Assembly (NCBI GenBank): GCA_016926875.1
Contig: JAFGNU010000060.1
Span: 468-64,467, forward strand
Reading direction: 5' to 3'
DNA from: Anaerolineae bacterium
GTDB taxonomy: Bacteria > Chloroflexota > Anaerolineae > Aggregatilineales > Aggregatilineaceae
Length of the DNA stretch: 64,000 bases
Part shown: positions 9,952 through 18,178 of the stretch, one piece after another
Numbering within the stretch: position 1 is the stretch's first letter
How the letters are laid out: each line of letters opens with the position of its first letter
Notes under the pieces: model-generated
Seen by the model: only the letters and a program-made list of their open reading frames with translations
Databases searched by the model: none
Told to the model about the DNA's origin: nothing
Made by a program: the position numbers and the translations under genes

Positions 9952-10851
9952 TCAGCCAGCAGGCTGATTGCTCTGCTCGGCCTGCCATTCCGCCAAACAG
10001 GCATCAACCCACGCCGTGACCTGCGCGGCGGCCTGGGCGGGATAGGCGTAGCCCAGCAGGTCGGCGGTTTCGGGAGCCAGCCAGCGAAACAGTGCCATTG
10101 TACCCACCAGCGCCCGCCAGAGATCACGCGCATCGTACCGGCCAAACGCGGCCCGTAATCCCGCCACCGCCCGCGCATCGGCCCACTGCTCTAAAAAGCG
10201 CCCGTTCATCCAGGTATCGTACTCGCTGCCATGCGCCACGCGGGCGTGCCAGGTGAGCACCGGCAGCACGCACCGCCACTTGAGGTAGTTATCCACGCAG
10301 CCCGACGCCGTCCACAGTTCGCCGCGCCGCAGCTTTTTTGCTGTCCAGACGGTGTGATACCAGAAGTCGTTGACCGTGTTCAAAAAGGTCGCTTCGTCCG
10401 GCAGCGGAGCCAGTACTTGTTCTGCCGGGCGTGATACCCTGTTCAGCGCGCAGTCCAGCACACCATCTTTATCAACCACCACGCGCACGCCCCGCTGCAC
10501 GATGTCCAACGCGCCGGGGTCTGACTCCAGCACCGCGAGCATCTCGACCGGGACAAACACAAAATCCACGTCCAGCATATCCTCGAACAAGACGCGGCGC
10601 TCCATTACCGTCCCGCCCATCGTTTCTTCGAGAAACGACAGCCAGTAGGGGCCAATGTGATCCAGCCAGGCGATGGTCGAAATATACGGCTGTGGATCGG
10701 TGGCGAAGATCATCAGATCGAGATCGGACCACTGATCCGCCGGGCGGTCCGTCCGCGCCCGCGAGCCGACGATCACGGCGCCCCGGATAGCCGGTTCGGT
10801 TTCGGCCCAGGATACAAAACGTTCAAGGAGCAGATCGTAAGTCAATGTCAT
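9952..10851 (-). CDS. aminoglycoside 6-adenylyltransferase (ANT(6)/AadK) family nucleotidyltransferase
   Basis: VIVGSRARTDRPADQWSDLDLMIF is the nucleotidyltransferase GS...D.D motif. FWYHTVWTAKKLRRGELW matches the AadK-family C-terminal helical domain layout. Confidence 0.7.
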   Translation of the reverse strand: MTLTYDLLLERFVSWAETEPAIRGAVIVGSRARTDRPADQWSDLDLMIFATDPQPYISTIAWLDHIGPYWLSFLEETMGGTVMERRVLFEDMLDVDFVFVPVEMLAVLESDPGALDIVQRGVRVVVDKDGVLDCALNRVSRPAEQVLAPLPDEATFLNTVNDFWYHTVWTAKKLRRGELWTASGCVDNYLKWRCVLPVLTWHARVAHGSEYDTWMNGRFLEQWADARAVAGLRAAFGRYDARDLWRALVGTMALFRWLAPETADLLGYAYPAQAAAQVTAWVDACLAEWQAEQSNQPAG

Positions 10852-11033
10852 GTCGTATCACCTGTAAAAACTCATGCCGTTATACCTGAAGGCAAACCGG
10901 CGCATCACTGCTTTCTCCGTATCTTCTCCGTATTCCTCGCAGTAATCCGAATTTGCCCGGATTTTCGCTTTCAGTATACCGGGCTTTGGGTCGCGCAGCA
11001 GGTGGCTGCGGGCTGCTGAAATTATCCAGGCCA

Positions 11034-11150
11034 TTAAGTCATTGGCCGTTTGCTGGTGGCGTCTTCCAGGCTGACAGCGCCGATATCGCGCCCGTGCAGC
11101 CCGACCATCACGCCGCTTTCACCGGCCAGCAGGCGTTGTGTGGCCGCCAC
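11034..11150 (-). pseudogene. orphan duplicate of the pfkA 3' end
   Basis: 11048-11150 matches 11933-12035 at 98/103 nt. On the minus strand it reads VAATQRLLAGESGVMVGLHGRDIGAVSLEDATSKRPMT*. It has no upstream PFK body. Confidence 0.7.
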
Positions 11151-11233
11151 AGCCGTGAGCTTAATTGCACGTTGATTTTCTTGGAGATACAATTACGATT
11201 AAGTTAAGTAATAAAATGAACAAAGGAGCATCA

Positions 11234-11803
11234 ATGCGTAAGCTAACTTGCCCCCCTGGGACAGAGACAATTGGTCAACTGCTTAATTCCTGGTATGAGA
11301 ATCTTCAGGGCGACGAGACCCGGCCCATCATGGAAAAACATGGAATGGTAAATCTCAACCCTACCACATGGTATCCCGTGCGTATGCTGTTGGACGCGAC
11401 AAATGAGATTGCCGAGAACTGCAATGTGACGCCCAACTTCGTGGCCATTGGCATGAAGATTGGCGAAGCAGTCCCTTTGCCGCCCGACATGGAGAATCCA
11501 ACCCTGGAAGAAGTATTGATGATCTGGGACGACCTGTATCAGGGGCTGCATCGCGGCGGGGATGTGGGTTGTATCAAGATTGAAAAAGTCAGTGACACCT
11601 ACTTCAAGACTATCCAGTCAGGAATATATCCCGATGACATGAGTTACGGGGTCCTCTATGCCTATGGACGTCGCTTTCTTCCACCAGGTACATCGTTCAG
11701 CGTGTTTTATGATCCCGACGTGACCCCACGTGACCAGGGCGGCGAAGGTGAAGCTACCTACATCAATATTAAGTGGTCTCCTGGCCCTCAGGATGTTACC
11801 TGA
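11234..11803 (+). CDS. hypothetical protein on a lower-GC insert
   Basis: SD AAAGGAG lies 5 nt before the ATG at 11234. GC is about 50% against about 64% in the flanks. I recognise no family (MRKLTCPPGTETIGQLLNSWYENL...). Confidence 0.6.
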   Translation: MRKLTCPPGTETIGQLLNSWYENLQGDETRPIMEKHGMVNLNPTTWYPVRMLLDATNEIAENCNVTPNFVAIGMKIGEAVPLPPDMENPTLEEVLMIWDDLYQGLHRGGDVGCIKIEKVSDTYFKTIQSGIYPDDMSYGVLYAYGRRFLPPGTSFSVFYDPDVTPRDQGGEGEATYINIKWSPGPQDVT

Positions 11804-11882
11804 GCGCCTGCCACTTTGATCAAACGGGAGACCCCCGCACATGATCCGGCTGGAATGCCCGCCCACGCGGGCCGCTGGTTGG

Positions 11883-12851
11883 TTATGACAGCAGCGATGC
11901 TATGTGGACGTATTCTTCTGCGACGGCTCGCTGTTTGCTGGTGGCGTCTTCCAGGCTGACAACGCCAATATCGCGCCCGTGCAGCCCCACCATCACGCCG
12001 CTTTCCCCGGCCAGCAGGCGCTGTGTGGCCGCCACGCCAAGCCGGGTTGCCAGCAGGCGGTCAAATGCGCTGGGGCTGCCGCCGCGCACCACGTGTCCCA
12101 ACACCGTCACGCGCACCTCAAACCCGATCTCGTGGCTTTTCAGGTAGTCGGCGATCTCGTTGGTGGTGGGCGTTGCGCCTTCGGCGATGATGCCCATGGC
12201 ATGACTCTTGCCGACCATGTAGGCATGTTCGAGCACTTTGCCGATTTCTTCGAGAGTGGTTGGATACTCCGGCACCATGACAAACTCGGCGCCGCCCAGG
12301 ATGCCGCCCACCGTCGCCAGGTAGCCGCAGTTGCGCCCCATGACTTCCAGCAGGAAACAGCGCTCATGGCTGCTGGCCGTATCGCGCAGCTTGTCGACGG
12401 CGTCCAGAATGGTGTTCAGCGCGGTGTCCACGCCGATGCTGGTGTTGGTGCCCCAGATATCGTTGTCGATGCTGCCGGGCACACCGATCACCGGGAAGCC
12501 CATTTTGTGCAGCGACAGCGCGCCGCGCAGGCTGCCGTCTCCACCGATGACCACCATGCCCTCGATACCGTGTTCGTTCAGACGGCGCAGGCCGCGCTTC
12601 TGGCCCTGGGGGGTTTTGAATTCCAGATTGCGGGCGGTTTGCAGGACGGTGCCGCCGCGCTGGATGATGCCGCTGACGTCGCGGCTGGTCATGCGTTCCA
12701 GGTCACCGGACAGCAGGCCGGAGTAAGCCTGCCGGATGCCGTAGACTTCGACATTTTGAGCCGTTGCGGTGCGCACAACAGCGCGGATAGCCGCGTTCAT
12801 GCCTGGGGCGTCGCCCCCGCTTGTCATGACTGCAATACGTTGCATGGTCAT
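11883..12851 (-). CDS. pfkA: ATP-dependent 6-phosphofructokinase
   Basis: IAVMTSGGDAPGMNAAIRAVV, plus GGDGSLRGA (Gly104 type), VPGSIDNDI (Gly124 type) and EVMGRNCGYLA. Confidence 0.92.
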   Translation of the reverse strand: MTMQRIAVMTSGGDAPGMNAAIRAVVRTATAQNVEVYGIRQAYSGLLSGDLERMTSRDVSGIIQRGGTVLQTARNLEFKTPQGQKRGLRRLNEHGIEGMVVIGGDGSLRGALSLHKMGFPVIGVPGSIDNDIWGTNTSIGVDTALNTILDAVDKLRDTASSHERCFLLEVMGRNCGYLATVGGILGGAEFVMVPEYPTTLEEIGKVLEHAYMVGKSHAMGIIAEGATPTTNEIADYLKSHEIGFEVRVTVLGHVVRGGSPSAFDRLLATRLGVAATQRLLAGESGVMVGLHGRDIGVVSLEDATSKQRAVAEEYVHIASLLS

Positions 12852-12877
12852 TGGTTATGCTCCTCTGTCTGAGCGCG

Positions 12878-13114
12878 TTACGTTCGAATTGTATCAGAGA
12901 AAAGGGTGTCTCCGCCGCCGGATATATGTCGCGGCACTGCGGGCCAGTTCTGTATCGCCGGAATCAGTAAACTATCAGCGGTGTTATACATCGCTGCGCC
13001 CTGGCTGTCAACCGGGGAACGGTAAAGCTTGTTTAACGCTTGAGCATAGGTGATGGCAGGGACCGGCCATCCCAAAAACAGCAGCGCACATGCAAGGGCA
13101 GCAGCCCGCTGCAT
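12878..13114 (-). CDS. possible small secreted protein
   Basis: Signal-like N-terminus MQRAAALACALLFLGWPVPAITYAQA. Lies between the TPR gene and pfkA on the same strand. No homology recognised. Confidence 0.3.
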   Translation of the reverse strand: MQRAAALACALLFLGWPVPAITYAQALNKLYRSPVDSQGAAMYNTADSLLIPAIQNWPAVPRHISGGGDTLFSDTIRT

Positions 13115-13188
13115 GTACGCTGTGACTGGATTGCGTCTGCGTGTTGTGTAGGCGCCGGACGGCGTGTCAACCCATCGCCCGCGCCGCG

Positions 13189-14355
13189 CTATTTTTCTTT
13201 GACGGTGACCGATTTGACGATGCTGTCGATGTCACCTTCAAACAGGCTGTATTGGTTTTCCGGCGTGGTAATGGTCCAATAGCTGCCCCTGTCGCGGTCG
13301 ATGGGCACGACGAGCATGATCATGTGCATTTCGTCGGGCGCGTCCACGTCCTCGAAAATACGTTCGCCGCCGCTGCTTTCGACCGAATCCACGCGGAAAG
13401 CGCACAGGTTGTCGTCCAGTTCGATCCGCTCGACGTCTGCGTCAGGGTCCATTTCTTTGAACTGGCTTTCGAGCGCTTCCATATCATCACATTCAAAGCT
13501 GGGTACAGAATATTCCTCGGCGGCCATTATGCCCCCAAAAAGCAGGCCGCTTGGCGCCCCGCCGCTCATGAGTGTGACCGGGCTGACGTCCAAAATGGCA
13601 ATCCCGCCTTCCTCACCGGTCACCTCGTCGAGATTCACTTCCATGTCGGTCCAGCCGTCTTCCTGGTTTTCAAAGGGCAAGTACTGGTTGAGCGAATCGC
13701 GCCAGGCTTCCCACCAGGCATCCCCTTCAACCGCCGCGTACCAGGTGCGCGGCACGTCCACGGATACGGTGTAATCGTCAAGATCGATTTCAACCGTTTT
13801 GCGCCCAAACTCACCCGGCAGATAAACGGCCAGCAGGTCGCCCGGTCCCAGGCTTTTGCTGGTATAGCTCACGCCGCCGCAGACCAGCGCGGGCAGTACG
13901 ATCAGCACCAGGAACAGCAGCAAACAGGCCTGCGTACACCCGCAGCCCAGGCAGCCGCGTTTTTTGGCGGGCTGTACATACAATACGCTGCTGGGTGCGG
14001 GCTGTTGGGGTTGGGGCTGCCCGCTGTAGGCCATGGGCGGGGCCTGGTACGCCGGGGCAGGCGGCGGCGTATACTGCTGGGGCGGGGCATACTGTTGAGG
14101 CGGCGGCGCTGTTGCTCCGACCTGTTGTTGGAACTGGTTTAGTAGCTGGCGTGCCTGCTGGTTACCCGGATTGATGCGCAGCACTTCGTTCAGGGCGCGC
14201 TGGTATTCGGCCTGATCGGCAGCGACCGACGCCAGCCAAAGCCACGCCATTTCATTGTTGGGATCGCTTTGGGCCACCTGGCGGAGCAGTTGGCGAGCTT
14301 CCTCTCTGCGACCCGCTTGTGCGAGTTGCACGGCTTCATGCAATTGAGAGGACAT
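13189..14355 (-). CDS. TPR-repeat membrane-anchored protein with P/Q-rich linker
   Basis: SD AGGAG. TPR-like N-terminus (AQAGRREEARQLLRQVAQSDPNNEMAWLWLA), a PPPQQYAPPQQY linker, one TM helix (LLLFLVLIVLPALVCGG) and an acidic C-terminal domain. Confidence 0.7.
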   Translation of the reverse strand: MSSQLHEAVQLAQAGRREEARQLLRQVAQSDPNNEMAWLWLASVAADQAEYQRALNEVLRINPGNQQARQLLNQFQQQVGATAPPPQQYAPPQQYTPPPAPAYQAPPMAYSGQPQPQQPAPSSVLYVQPAKKRGCLGCGCTQACLLLFLVLIVLPALVCGGVSYTSKSLGPGDLLAVYLPGEFGRKTVEIDLDDYTVSVDVPRTWYAAVEGDAWWEAWRDSLNQYLPFENQEDGWTDMEVNLDEVTGEEGGIAILDVSPVTLMSGGAPSGLLFGGIMAAEEYSVPSFECDDMEALESQFKEMDPDADVERIELDDNLCAFRVDSVESSGGERIFEDVDAPDEMHMIMLVVPIDRDRGSYWTITTPENQYSLFEGDIDSIVKSVTVKEK

Positions 14356-14465
14356 GGAAGGTATCTCCTGACTGAATGAATAAGCGATTCAAAGAGACAT
14401 GATGCAACATGATACCACACTATCTCACGACAGCATTATGCTTCAGATTGGCCGTTTTGGACAAG

Positions 14466-15281
14466 TCACTTGGAGCCATACACACGCCGCAGCAGCCGGT
14501 CTGCCAGCGCCGGGAAACCCCGCCCGATCAACACGAACAGCCTGTCGATCCAGCGCAGCGTCATGGTACGCGGTTTGCGTTCCAGTGCCCGCGCGATGCC
14601 CCCGGCGACCTGTTCGGCGCTCATAGTCGGCCAGCGTGACGCCACGCGGCCCGGCGTGCCCAGGCGTTTTTCGGCAAACTCGGTGTGTGTCTGCCCGACG
14701 TGCAGCACCGAGACGTAAATATGATCGGCGCGCAGCTCTTCGCGCAGCGAGCGCCCCAACGCATCGACCGCCGCTTTGCTGGCGCTGTACACGCCCGCAT
14801 ACGGCGCCGGGACTGGTCCCAAAATCGACGAGATCAGCACGATATGCCCGCCGCCGCCCGCGCGCATGGCCGGGATCGCCGCGCGCACGCTGTGGATCAC
14901 GCCGTCGATGTTGGTCCGCAGCACGGTTTCGATGCCTGACCAGTCCGATTCGACCAGCGCCCCGCGATGCCCCCGTCCCGCGTTGGCGACCAGCACGTCC
15001 AGCCGGTCGAACTCGTCCAGCGTCAGCGCTGCCGCGCGCTTCATGGCTGCCGCGTCGGTCACGTCGGCCTGCACCGTGAAGATGGTGCCGGACAGGTTTT
15101 TGTCTTCGGCTTCCTGCTTGAGCGCGTCCAGCCGGTCGGCCCGGCGACCGGTGGCCGTGACATTGTGCCCCATCGCCGCGAACAGCAGCGCCGCCGCCCG
15201 GCCAATGCCGGAGGTCGCGCCCGTGATCAGCAGGGTGCGCTTGGGTTCGTCGGGGATGAAGAGCTTGCGGTAGGTGTCCAT
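14466..15281 (-). CDS. SDR-family oxidoreductase
   Basis: TGATSGIGRAAA is the TGxxxGxG motif; NAG and YSASKAAV (YxxxK) are also present. Confidence 0.85.
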   Translation of the reverse strand: MDTYRKLFIPDEPKRTLLITGATSGIGRAAALLFAAMGHNVTATGRRADRLDALKQEAEDKNLSGTIFTVQADVTDAAAMKRAAALTLDEFDRLDVLVANAGRGHRGALVESDWSGIETVLRTNIDGVIHSVRAAIPAMRAGGGGHIVLISSILGPVPAPYAGVYSASKAAVDALGRSLREELRADHIYVSVLHVGQTHTEFAEKRLGTPGRVASRWPTMSAEQVAGGIARALERKPRTMTLRWIDRLFVLIGRGFPALADRLLRRVYGSK

Positions 15282-15299
15282 AACAGGGTTTCCTTTCGC

Positions 15300-16532
15300 T
15301 TACCGGATCGGGCGCGCAACCACGCCCCACACATCATCGAGCACGTCGAGCACCTCGCCCGTCTCGATGTCCACGCGCCACAGGTGGGTGGGCGGCATGT
15401 AGGCAGCCAGCGCGGGATCGGTGCTCAGGGCGTCGGCGGCAACCTGGCCGGAGTTCAGCGCGTTAACCAGCGCAAAGTTCGGCTCGACGACTGCCGCGAA
15501 CACGTAGCGATCCGTCGCGGCCAGCGAACTGACGCCGTAGACATCCGGGCGCCAGGCCAGCTCGCGGACCTGTTCGGTTACCAGGTTGAGCCGGTACAGC
15601 ACAATGTTGGCACTGCGCGTATCGACCGGGAACGGCGGCTCGATGTCCAACGCCAGCGGCGCGCCGGGATTGAAACGCGCCAGGATATACAGCGCCGTAT
15701 CGTCCGGCGACCACGTGATCCGCTCGACGTCGCCCAGGCCGCCCGCCACTTCGAGCGTATAATCGCGCGTGCCCGCCGTGATCAGGTCGATCACGCGGAT
15801 CGTGCCGCCGGTTGTCGGCCCGGCGAGATGCGTCCGCGTGGAACTGGCCGCCGCCGCGCCCGGCAGAAACGTCCCATCAAAAACCGAGTACTCGCCCAGG
15901 CCGACGTGCAGCATCCCCAGGCCGGGATTTGGAAAGCAGCACGTACCAAACAGGTTGACGCCGTAGGTCGGCCACAGGTTCGGGCGCCCGGTGTTGAGCA
16001 GTCCGCCGTCCCGCGCGTACAGCGCCGCCGCGAACGTCAGGTCGGCGCGCGTGGCGCCCGCCTGGAAGCGCCCAAAGTAGCCCGCCAGCCGCCCGCGCCC
16101 GCCCTGCATCTGGTCGGTGGGGATGGCGTACACCGGGAAGCTCACGATCCCCTCTTCGACGGGCTGCGGGTCCGCCGATTCCAGGTAATACAGCGCGCTG
16201 CGGTCCTGCGCGACAGCCAGGGTGCGCCCGTAGCTGCCCGGCACCTGGGCTGCTGCCGCGCCGCCCGGCCCGGTCGCGTACAGGCCATCGTCCCGCGCGA
16301 TGTACAGCGTGCGCCCGTCCGCCGTCCAGAACAGGCGCGCGCCCTGCCCATAGCTGAACGCCGGGCCGGTGGTCGTGACCGGTGATCCGTCGGCCCCGGC
16401 CAGCGTGACGGTGTCGGCGTGCACATACGCCAGCCGCACGTCGCCGGAATCCTGCGCGCAGCCGGTGGCCGGTGGCAGCGCGGTTATCAGCAGGGCGGCC
16501 AGCAGCGCCAGCCGTGTGATCCGTGGGTGCAT
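15300..16532 (-). CDS. lipoprotein, probable beta-propeller
   Basis: Lipobox LPPATGC after a signal peptide, and SD GGAGGGAG. Repeated Gly/Asp/Tyr-rich strands suggest a TolB-like propeller; this call is weak. Confidence 0.6.
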   Translation of the reverse strand: MHPRITRLALLAALLITALPPATGCAQDSGDVRLAYVHADTVTLAGADGSPVTTTGPAFSYGQGARLFWTADGRTLYIARDDGLYATGPGGAAAAQVPGSYGRTLAVAQDRSALYYLESADPQPVEEGIVSFPVYAIPTDQMQGGRGRLAGYFGRFQAGATRADLTFAAALYARDGGLLNTGRPNLWPTYGVNLFGTCCFPNPGLGMLHVGLGEYSVFDGTFLPGAAAASSTRTHLAGPTTGGTIRVIDLITAGTRDYTLEVAGGLGDVERITWSPDDTALYILARFNPGAPLALDIEPPFPVDTRSANIVLYRLNLVTEQVRELAWRPDVYGVSSLAATDRYVFAAVVEPNFALVNALNSGQVAADALSTDPALAAYMPPTHLWRVDIETGEVLDVLDDVWGVVARPIR

Positions 16533-16620
16533 GTGTCTCCCTCCTGCGTGGGTGATCGCCTAGAGTGTACCGCGTGGCAGCGCGCCGGGACAATGTTGGG
16601 GAATAATCCCAGGCGCGCGA

Positions 16621-16643
16621 TGGTGTCGTGATCATGTAGGGGC
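16621..16643. repeat. REP-like element fragment (GTAGGGGC family)
   Basis: TGGTGTCGTGATCATGTAGGGGC is identical to 53892-53914. Confidence 0.7.
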
Positions 16644-16745
16644 CAACTACTGGTCCAGATTTGCACGCAAGCCGTGCCGCGCGTGTTGCCGCTGCTGCCC
16701 GGCACACTGTACAATGAACCCGGTATTGATACACAAGGGGGTAGT

Positions 16746-17963
16746 ATGCCGGTGCAGCAGGTATTCATCAGCTACAAACGCGACGACTCTGACGATTTTG
16801 TGCGCTGGCTGGCGGCGGGACTGCGCGCGGCGGGCGTGCACACCTGGGTAGACGTCGAAGACATCGATCCCGGCGAGAACTGGGACGTGGCCGTCGAACG
16901 CGGGCTGGACGCCTGCGACGCGATGATCGCGGTCCTGACGCCGGGCGCGGTCAAGTCCAGGAATGTACGGGACGAGTGGTCGTTTTTCCTCGACGAGGAC
17001 AAACCAGTTTACCCGGTCATGCTCCAGAAATGCCGCGTACCGTACCGCCTGCGGCGCGTGCAGCACATCGACTTCAGCCGCGACCCGGACGGCGCGCTGG
17101 CGGACCTGCTCGATGCGTTGGGGGCAGCCGCACACCACCCGCCGACTGAACCCGACCGCCTGCCGTTCGAACCGGAGACGGTGTTGGTCCCGGCGGGACC
17201 GTGTGTGATCGGCAGCACGGCGGCGCATGTCGCAGCGCTGAAGGACCAACACCACAACTGGGATTGGCCGGAGAAAACGGAGCAGCCGCAGCACACCGTC
17301 ACGCTGCCGGACTACCGCATCGGCAGATACCCGGTGACGGTGGGCGAATACCGGGCCTTTGTCGAGGCGGGCGGCTACCGGGAGCGGCGCTGGTGGACTG
17401 ACGCAGGCTGGCGCGTGCGCGGTGAGGAAAACTGGACCGCGCCGCATTACTGGGATGATAAGAAGTGGACCGGCGATGACCGGCTGCCGGTGATTGGCGT
17501 AAGCTGGTATGAAGCGGTCGCGTACTGCCGCTGGCTGGCGGCGCAGACGGGCCAACCCTACCGCCTGCCAACCGAGATCGAATGGGAAAAGGCGGCCAGG
17601 GGGCCGGATGGGCGGCGGTATCCCTGGGGCGATGCGTGGCGAAACGAGGTATGTACCACCCAGGAAGCGGGGATTGGGCACACAACGCCGGTCGGGCGGT
17701 ACAGCCCGGCGGGTGACAGCCCGTATGGCGCGGCGGACATGGCGGGTAGTGTGTGGGAGTGGTGTACAACCGGGTGGCGGGATACCTACGAGGAGGCGGC
17801 GGACGATGATCTGGACGGCGATGCCCGGCGGGTGGTGCGCGGCGGGTCGTGGGGTGACAACCAGGGCGACGCGCGCGCCATGTCTCGCTACGGGCTTCAG
17901 GCTGCGTCCCGGCTCAGCTTTAACGGCTTTCGGGTGGTATATACCCCGCCTGATTCCGCGTGA
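16746..17963 (+). CDS. TIR domain / FGE-sulfatase (SUMF1, C-type-lectin fold) fusion protein
   Basis: SD AAGGGGG before the ATG at 16746. TIR segment: VFISYKRDDSDDFVRWL...DAMIAVLTPGAVKSRNVRDEW. FGE segment: RIGRYPVTVGEYRAFV, SWYEAVAYCRWL, YRLPTEIEWEKAARG, MAGSVWEWC, RGGSW, GFRVV. Confidence 0.85.
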   Translation: MPVQQVFISYKRDDSDDFVRWLAAGLRAAGVHTWVDVEDIDPGENWDVAVERGLDACDAMIAVLTPGAVKSRNVRDEWSFFLDEDKPVYPVMLQKCRVPYRLRRVQHIDFSRDPDGALADLLDALGAAAHHPPTEPDRLPFEPETVLVPAGPCVIGSTAAHVAALKDQHHNWDWPEKTEQPQHTVTLPDYRIGRYPVTVGEYRAFVEAGGYRERRWWTDAGWRVRGEENWTAPHYWDDKKWTGDDRLPVIGVSWYEAVAYCRWLAAQTGQPYRLPTEIEWEKAARGPDGRRYPWGDAWRNEVCTTQEAGIGHTTPVGRYSPAGDSPYGAADMAGSVWEWCTTGWRDTYEEAADDDLDGDARRVVRGGSWGDNQGDARAMSRYGLQAASRLSFNGFRVVYTPPDSA

Positions 17964-17978
17964 GCGTGTATGTGGAAA

Positions 17979-18081
17979 GCCCTCACCCTTCCGACTACGT
18001 CGGGTCCCTCTCCCTCAGGGCGAGGGATTAGCTTAGCTCTTACTCCCCTCTCCATGAGGGAGAAGGGCGGGGGATGAGGGC
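17979..18081. repeat. nested-palindrome REP/MITE-like element (CCCTCTCC/GAGAGGG family)
   Basis: Outer arms GCCCTCA (17979-17985) and TGAGGGC (18075-18081). Inner hairpins CCTCTCCCTCAGGGCGAGGG and CCCCTCTCCATGAGGGAGAAGGGCGGGG. Confidence 0.7.
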
Positions 18082-18178
18082 CGAAAAGCGACTTTCCTGA
18101 GCACCTGCCCGCACCTTGATCATTTCTGCCGGGCGGTGTTTACTATAGATGGTCCATCTTACACCCCAAGGGGGCGAT

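Noticed and set aside
10953-11207. 84-aa plus-strand ORF across the pfkA-fragment region, and the 322-aa plus-strand ORF at 11904-12872.
   Set aside because: Both are reverse-frame translations of pfkA sequence; the shared AGGVFQAD...APVQP.HHAAF.GQQALCGRH string comes from the duplicated 103 bp. Neither is an independent gene.
16647-17681. 344-aa and 467-aa minus-strand ORFs (16647-17681 and 18230-19633) overlapping the TIR-FGE genes.
   Set aside because: They are mirror frames of well-supported plus-strand genes. Their mutual similarity simply reflects the duplicated FGE core on the other strand.
17835-17963. C-terminal tip of TIR-FGE paralogue 1 as a DGR variable region.
   Set aside because: The segment GDNQGDARAMSRYGLQAASRLSFNGFR contains Q, M, L, A and S in the relevant positions and lacks the Y/H/N/F/D/I enrichment seen in paralogue 2.
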